A stretch of 16,134 nt of DNA, from positions 1 to 16,134 of the forward strand of contig JAQGDQ010002064.1 of assembly GCA_030141605.1 (NCBI GenBank). Reading direction: 5' to 3'. The translations under genes and the position numbers were made by a program. This DNA is from Tubiluchus corallicola. Taxonomy: Eukaryota; Animalia; Priapulida. The notes under the pieces were generated by a model. The model was given only the letters and a program-made list of their open reading frames with translations. It did no database searches and was not told the origin of the DNA. Positions 1 through 7,612 of the stretch are shown here, piece by piece (position 1 is the stretch's first letter; each line of letters opens with the position of its first letter).

Positions 1-311
1 AGTTGCCGTTAATCCTGAGGTAACGGCAACTTTGCTTCAATTTCTTTCTAGAAAATCAGGTATTAACAAAAAAGAGGATTTCTCTGGTGCATTCAGCGAG
101 CCCTAAGCTCTCTAAATTTAGCTCCTTTCATTACTGAACGCGGTCAAGTTGAGCCGCTTATTTTTAGTCGTTGACAAAGAGTTAAAGCTGGTAATTTACA
201 GTGAGAGGAGGAGAGGAGACTAAGAAGTGCTTTAGTTAATCCAGGAGTCTTGCCTGCTTGTTGTGATAAGACCAGACAATTGACTGAACGAGTGAAATAT
301 CTATAGAAGAA

Positions 312-1174
312 CAAAGTTAGAGGCGCCATAGATTACGATTACTCTTAGAATGAACGGGGAGGGAGCAAAGTTAGAGGCGGTATAAGTTACGATTACTCTT
401 GGAATGAATGGGGGAGGGGGCAAAGTTAGAGGCACCATAGATTACGATTACTCTTAGAATGAATGAATGGGGGGAGGCAAAGTTAGAGGCGCCATAGATT
501 ACGATTACTCTTAGAATGAATGAATGGGGGGAGGCAAACTTAGAGGCGCCATAGATTACGATTACTCTTAGAATGAATGGGGGGAGGCAAAGTTAGAGGC
601 GCCATAGATTACGACTACTCTTAGAATGAATGGGGGGAGGCAAAGTTAGAGGCGCCATAGATTACGATTGCTCTTAGAATGAATGGGGGGAGGCAAAGTT
701 AGAGGCGTCATGGATTACGATTACTCTTAGAATGAACGGGGGGGGAGGCAAAGTTAGAGGCACCATAGATTACGATTACTCTTAGAATGAATGAATGGGG
801 GGAGGCAAACTTAGAGGCGCCATAGATTACGATTACTCTTAGAATGAATGAACGGGGGGAGGCAAACTTAGAGGCGCCATAGATTACGATTACTCTTAGA
901 ATGAATGGGGGGAGGCAAAGTTAGAGGCGCCATAGATTACGACTACTCTTAGAATGAATGGGGGGAGGCAAAGTTAGAGGCGCCATAGATTACGATTACT
1001 CTTAGAATTAATGGGGGGGAGGGGGCAAAGTTAGAGGCGCCATAGATTACTCTTAGAATGAATGAATGGGGGGAGGCAAAGTTAGAGGCGCCATAGATTA
1101 CGATTACTCTTAGAATGAATGGGGGGGAGGCAAAGTTAGAGGCGCCAATGATTACGATTACTCTTAGAATGAAT
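312..1174. repeat. Minisatellite, ~51-57-bp unit, about 16 copies
   Basis: Unit CAAAGTTAGAGGCGCCATAGATTACGATTACTCTTAGAATGAAT(GAAT)GGGGGGAGG; length varies in the GAAT and G-run parts. Confidence 0.97.
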
Positions 1175-2199
1175 AGATGGGGGTGGGGGTGGGGGGTGTT
1201 GGCTGATGTGGCTAAAACTGAGTAAAACTGTGTTCAGACTGTGTACTGAGTATTTAAGGATACAATTTTTAGCAATTTGCATTAAAGCAAAACCGGACCC
1301 AATCTTAAACTGTAGGTCAAAACAATCTACTCTTTTAAATATTGAACACAAACAAACTATTTTTTCAAAAATGACTTACGTGAAAGAATTATTACCACAC
1401 AAACACAGTTTCACGTTCCCGCCACTAGTTCTTCGCTGTATTTTGCCATTCGTTAGTCAGGCGGGCACTAGCGCGTGCATTTGGAAAATGCTTTGCACAA
1501 AAAACAGGTGCTGTACCTCTCAGTTCAGATATGTAAGTTCGTGACGAACTGCACACATTCAACAGCTCATACGTGAATACAGCGGTAAACTTGAAGTTTG
1601 AATTTTTATTTTAAGCTTGTCTAGTTTTAGTACAACACACGTAATATCTTACAGTAGCACTGTACTTCAATTTCTTTTTCACAAACACGTGCAACACGCT
1701 CATGAAATATTTTTGCTGTTGAAAATTATGTTCGTTTGTGATGTGTCATCAATAGTTGGGCTCGTCCGCCGTTAATTAAGATTTTAACTTATTATTTAAT
1801 TATCAGAAACTCTTTTACAGTCTTAATTGTGTTAAAATGTAAACTATTTATCAGACTTGAAAATGGGGTAGTGTGTGAAAAATCATCCTGTCTTCTATTA
1901 AGTGGCGTTTATGTAGCATCCGGTGGGAATGCGCATGCGTTGTCTGATACACTTAACCTTTGACCCTTTCACGATCATCATCAATCACTGGAACTATGAA
2001 AAGGTTTATTGAAAATTGAAACTGGATCTTCCCAAACAATGCATGTTCTAAATTTCTAGCAAAAATAATTTCCATGGAAACCTGACACACACTCGCTTCC
2101 GTGCAAGATTTCGTTTTATTTGTGGAATTAAGTGACAAAAATTACAGAATTTACACGAGAATAGCTGTCACCATTCGTTCAAAAATAAAGTTGATACTG

Positions 2200-2790
2200 T
2201 ACCTACAGCAGAGATCATGTAGCTTGAAACTCATTTTAACTGCCATTTTCATGTACAAATTCTCTCATAAATTATTGCCTCCCTTATTTACTGATTATTT
2301 TTGTTTGAATGCTGAGATACATAATTACGGCAGACGTTATAGACTTAACTATCACTACATACAGTGCAACACTAATATTAGAAAACTTTCTATTAAATAC
2401 AATGGCACTTACATACGGAATTCAATTGCTCCGGCTATTAAAAATGCCAACTCGCTGTCCATATTTAAAAAAATTATAAATTAAACTTACTTGAAACATA
2501 TAACTGATCACTCAATCATGATTTGTTGTTTTTCATTTTCAAAAACGTCCCCTCTAGTATAATAATATTTTTATTACTTCCCACCCGTATTTATAATTGT
2601 ATTGTATCTGTATATATTGTAATTTTTTTCGTAACTAATTCTAGTGGCCTACCATAAGCTAGCTTCTTAGGTCTCTAGCGCAGAATTCATGAATTGTATC
2701 ATATGTTTGTATTAACAAAAACTGATTATCGAGGCACATGTAATGTATATGTATATGTTTATTGCGAAATAAATCTATAAAATCTATATA
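2200..2790 (+). mobile_element. 5'-truncated LINE (L2/Crack/CR1 group): ORF2 C-terminus and 3' UTR
   Basis: ORF 2101-2484 ends IFMYKFSHKLLPPLFTDYF...IHNY..R...SIKYNG...NSI...IKNANSLSIFKK, typical of the LINE ORF2 C-terminus; AT-rich UTR with hairpin CTAGTGGCCTA..AAGCTAGCTT..TAGGTCTCTAG (2641-2678) and AATAAA near 2768. Confidence 0.8.
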
Positions 2791-2950
2791 TAACAAAACT
2801 GCTTTACACACTTTTTGTCCAAGAAATAATGCAAGAATACAATAAAACTGTGTTTATCAAACTCATTAGATTTGTCATTACATGTTATGGCATAACTTTT
2901 AGCAAATTTTAATACAAACACTTAAAACAGTTATAGTTTAAAATAACAAA

Positions 2951-2956
2951 TTTATT
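2951..2956 (-). terminator. Candidate polyadenylation signal of the trypsinogen gene
   Basis: First canonical AATAAA on the minus strand after the stop codon (~420 nt downstream); lies inside a Penelope-like repeat fragment. Confidence 0.4.
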
Positions 2957-2986
2957 GAAACTTTTACATTAAAAAGTTCAAATCAT

Positions 2987-3027
2987 GCCAAAGGTTTCGA
3001 CTAGCTGCTGCTGTCATCATCAGTGGT
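2987..3027 (-). ncRNA. Minimal type I hammerhead ribozyme motif (Penelope-like)
   Basis: Minus strand reads ACCA CUGAUGA U GACAGC AGCA GCUAGUC GAAA CCUU UGGC: core boxes CUGAUGA and GAAA, stem II with a bulged A, stem I CCA/UGG. Confidence 0.7.
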
Positions 3028-3376
3028 AAATTTACAAACATATAACAAACTATGTTTATATAGGTAGAACCTACAATATAGAACATTATGCACTAATTAA
3101 GTAATTAACAGAAGCCATATATGCACAAATATGGTCATTAATGCTGGATTGAGGAGAATTTTTTAACTTTTTTCTGCCAGTTCTAGACGAAATACTCAAA
3201 TTTTCACAAATTCTCACTTTAAAGTGTCTGGCTGTCGTTCTGATGATGCATGGATTTGAAAAGGGGCGGATCTAGGTTCCAGAAGCTCAAAATTAGTTTT
3301 ACAATTAAAAATGTCACACAAAATTGAAATCCTGTCTATAAAAATTCTTCCACCAGTGACGTCACTATTTCTAGCA

Positions 3377-3538
3377 CTACATATTTGTCACGATCCAGTC
3401 GTGGAAATAGCTGACACGTGCGTAGACACCAGGGTAGGTTGGACGGGCGCATCCGTAACCCCATGATACAACACCAATCAGAAGGTTTTCTGGGTGACCT
3501 TTATCCTGTCTCAAGGCCAAAGGTCCACCAGAATCGCC
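3377..3538 (-). CDS. Trypsinogen exon 7 (catalytic Ser195, stop codon)
   Basis: Acceptor TTTCTAG; [53 protein letters not shown]; TAG at 3379-3377. Confidence 0.96.
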   Translation of the reverse strand, partial: GDSGGPLALRQDKGHPENLLIGVVSWGYGCARPTYPGVYARVSYFHDWIVTNM

Positions 3539-6500
3539 CTAGAAACAACAGAAGTGTGTTAACTTTTCATGGCTAAAAAATAATAGTTGTGCAATTAATG
3601 AGTAATGTATTAATGCGCATTTTAGAGCAAATTGCAAAGAACTTTTGTACAGTGCACTTTGGTTACCGGAAATCCTGCAGGGTCTACTTAAAGGAAAAGT
3701 CACCCCTTCTAGGAGGTTAGATTTATTTCAATGTCCGTAAAATTGTTAGAAGGATTTAGTGTGATAAGGGCCCCGTGTAATTTAGTAAAGTCACTTCAAA
3801 GCCGCGATCATTTCATGCTTGGGCACTCCTGCTCTTGACTGTTCATTCTTCCACCAATGACGTCATTCGTCTTGAAGAAAATCAGCACACTGTCGATATT
3901 GTTGAAAAGTGTAATAAGTATTTACAAAAATGTAGATAGCTAATTTTGAGATATTTTTGCGTGAACATTAGGTAAGCTGCAGAAGTTTCAATTAGTTTAA
4001 GCAGCGCACTTACGGAAAACCACGATGCAGTTACGGAAAGCCACGATGCGCTTACGGAAAGCCACGATGCAGTTACGGAAAGTCACGATGCGCTAAAGTG
4101 GCGTTTATATAGCATGCGGATGCGGATGAGTTTTGGGGATGCGGAATTCTAAAATCGGTTTATATTATTTTCAACGCACCTTTTTATGCAGCCTGCGTTG
4201 TGCGTTATTATTTTTCTGCGGCTATGTGCAAATTTCTTTGTTATATTTTTCTAAGTTAAAGAGATAACAGTGAAATAAACCCAGCATACTGAGTGACTTG
4301 TTCTTTCCTTTAGCACACCACAAACAGTTTAAGTGATAACAGTAAAATAAACCCAACATACTGAGTGAATTGTTCTTTCCTTTAGTACATCACAAACAGT
4401 TTAAGTGATAACAGTAAAATAAATCCAGCATACTGAGTGACTTGTCCTTTTCTTTAGCACACCACAAACAGTTTAAGTGATAACAGTAAAATAAACCCAA
4501 CGTGCTGAGTGACCTGTTCTTTCCTTTAACACACCATAAACAGTTTAAGTGATAACAGTAAAATAAACACAGTAAAGCAAACATTATAAGGCATTAAAAT
4601 AAAGACTAATCAGTTTTGTTTTGAATCTTACCTGGCAAGCATCTTTCCCACCTCCAGATACTGCAGCGCATATCATATCATTACTGATTTGACCTCCATA
4701 AGCGCTGCCATGGTTACACAAATCGTTTGTGATGACGGTAAGATCAACAGCTCGCAAATTGCCCGACACGGATCCACCTGTAATTATTACTAGTATTATT
4801 TCATGGTTGGGAATTGTCGGGAAATCGCTTATAGATTTCTCGACGATAATTTTAATTTTGTAAAATTTCTGTAAAATTTTTTCTAATTAATGAATTTTCC
4901 TTTAAATATACTCTTATAATATAGGCTTGGACAGGGGCGCATTAATCAATAGGGTAACTAGGCTATAGCACACCCTAATTTAAAACCCTGCCTTGTTTTG
5001 CTTAACCCTTTCTCACTATAAATGCTTTGCTTACAAGATTTTCTTTCAACAAACATTGAAGAATTTTATTGTAAGCAATTAGTTGTTTGGTATGTCATTT
5101 TGACATTATTGTTTTGCATCAATGAATGTACATTGGTTCTTGTGAAAATAAAAAATCGTTGAATTGAATTGAATTAACACATTGTGCGGTAGTTGCCATT
5201 GTTTCGTATCATTGAATGTACATTGGTTCTTGTGAAAAATAAAAAATCATTGAATTGAATTGAATTGAATTGAATTAACACATTGTGCGGTACTTGCCAT
5301 TGTTTCGTATCATTGAATGTACATTGGTTCTTGTGAAAAATAAAAAATCATTGAATTGAATTGAATTAACACATTGTGCGGTACTTGCCACTGCTGCTAA
5401 CATCGTCAGTGCAATTGTAAGTTTTACCTTCAGAAGTGGTGCCCCATCCACTGGTAGTCGCCAGTTCGTTACTGAAGTCACTTGAGCTGGAAGATGCTAA
5501 CTGGATCATATATCTCGCCACATCCTGGATTGGCTCCGCCAGGTGCAAAAGTGAAACGTCGTTATCCGTCGTCCCGTATGGACTGTAACCTGGATGAACT
5601 GTGATACGAGCCACCTATGTAAAACAGAGAAAAACATTTTAAAGGAAAAGTCAACATTCTAGGAGGTTAGGCTCATTTTAGCGTTCGTGAAAAATGTTAG
5701 AAGGATTTAGTAATAAAACTGCAATAAGTGCCTCGTGTAATTAGCAAAATAATTTTAAACTCGCGATCACTTCATGACTGGGCGTTCTCAATTTTCAATG
5801 CCCATTCTTCTTCCAATGACGTCATTTGTCTTAAAGAAAAGTAGCGTACTGTGAATCTTCATCAAAAGTACAAGTTTTTACAAAAAATTAGACAGCTAAT
5901 TTTGTAATATTTTGAATGTGAATTAGTTTAAGCGGCGCGCGCTTACGAAAATTCACGATGCGCTTACGGAAAGTCACGAAGTCTCCTTAGTTACATCATA
6001 ATTTTCAAGTAAATGGCTTGGAGGCTCTTAATTTTCAATGCCCGTTCTTCTTCCAATGACGTCATTTGTCCTGACGAAAAGCAGCGCACAGTCACTCTTC
6101 ATGAAAAGCATAATGAGTTTCTGTGAAAAAATTACCTAGCTAATTTTGTAATATCTTTGCGTTAACATTAAACAAGCTACAGAAGTTTGAATTAGTATGT
6201 TTAGAACTCACCTGTATCACAGTGCCACCGCTGTAGTAATTATCTGAATTTAATCGAATTTTAATGGAAGACGCTGACTGTCTGTAACAAATAATCGATT
6301 ATAAGTTCCGTTTATTCTTTGAACTGAATTAGTATACAGTAATACAGTATATACTGTACAACTACGGCCATATCACGTTGAAAACACCGGTTCTCGTCTG
6401 ATCACCGAAGTTAAGCAACGTAGAGCCTGGTTAGTACTTGGATGGGTGACCGCCAAGGAATACCAGGTGCTGTAGGCTTACGGGATGTATCTCGACACTA

Positions 6501-7549
6501 GGCAGAGGAGCTGCACAAGCAGCCAACGGCTAGAGGACGGAGGAGGTCAAGTGACCTAACGGCCATGTGTAGAGGAGTAAACCTTCCAAATCAGGAGTGG
6601 AGCCCCGAAGGTGGACTAGTGCAGCATGCTCGCTGACTCCGGCAGCTCCTGCAGCCAACCTGCTGCCAAACGTATCGCTCCGCTTTCCTTTGGACTACAC
6701 CAGGGAGAAAGAGAGTGGGTTCCTGTTGTCTGGGCAACTCAGGATCTCCATACACCTTGCCCAGGCGTGCGCCCTGGAGACGTTCAAGGATCTGACTGCT
6801 CTGCCACAGTCGACGCTGCAGCTCCATCAATGTGATCAATAACTGACTCTCTTGGCGCACACTCCATTGTCTTTCGAGACAGAAGGATGCCAACAACAAC
6901 AACAACAACAACAACTGTATACAGCAATAAGTTTACGGTACAATTATTAGACAACCCGTACATATATATAATGCCAACTATAGCATTTTGCCTTTTTGCC
7001 ATAACAATCAGTTAAAGGACAAGAAAAGGGGTACCTCAAGTAGGTTTCAGAAAAATCGCCTTAAGAAATTATATTACTTGAGAGCAATTTTATGCGTATG
7101 TCGTACTTGTGTTGAAAGAATTTTTTGTCAGTTTTCATTTTAAATCTCCCGCAATACTGTTCCGACGACGCCATTACATGACGTCACCTACACACAACGT
7201 AAATCAAGGGAAGAAAAGGAAATGTAAAATTATGTCCCAAAAAACTTTCCATGCAAATCTATATTACTTAGCACTTCGCTTACCTGCTTGAAAGACTTAC
7301 ATAACTATAAAAAGAAAATTATTAATCATTTAAAATGTTTTCATCAATTGGTAAAATGTCACTGACTCACCTCCAGGGTGCGCCACTCACTAACAAAAAA
7401 CTTATTTTAATCTTATTGATAAGATACAGTAATTTTACGTACATCCGCGGATTTTGCGGTTGCGGATGTGTACAGCCGCGGATTTTGTGTGTGCGGATAA
7501 ACGAGAAACTGATAACTCCGCATCTCTGACCTGCATTCCATCTATGTAT

Positions 7550-7612
<63 letters not shown>

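Larger units (their letters stand above)
2935..3090 (-). mobile_element. Penelope-like element terminal-repeat fragment, copy A
   Basis: Alignable with 9800-9955 (GCTGTCATCATCAGTGGT; TAGGYAGARCCTACARTATAGAACATTA); hammerhead followed by AATAAA. Confidence 0.55.

Noticed and set aside
312-1174. CRISPR-like appearance of the regular ~55-bp repeats
   Set aside because: No unique spacers (the intervening parts are just GAAT/G-run variants), no cas genes, eukaryotic spliced-gene context
1900-1923. 24-bp match to 4096-4119 (AAGTGGCGTTTATRTAGCATSCGG)
   Set aside because: Probably the terminus of another small repeat family, but too short to delimit or classify
3240-3265. Plus-strand CTGATGA...GAAA as another hammerhead
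   Set aside because: No convincing stem II or stem I pairing
4390-4584. Cys/His-containing 24-aa repeat ORF
   Set aside because: Translation of the 72-bp intronic minisatellite; not needed for the protease reading frame
6360-6479. Functional stand-alone 5S rRNA gene
   Set aside because: Single copy, 5' GC missing, no oligo-T terminator, continuous with a retroposon body and (CAA)n tail
6480-6570. HDV-like ribozyme at the start of the RTE-like body (hairpin GGTCA-AG-TGACC followed by CTAA-like sequence)
   Set aside because: Could not build P1/P3/L3 of the nested double pseudoknot by eye; would need an RNArobo or Infernal search
6591-7002. Overlapping 69-107-aa ORFs
   Set aside because: By-products of the GC-rich SINE body and CAA tail; no recognisable domains
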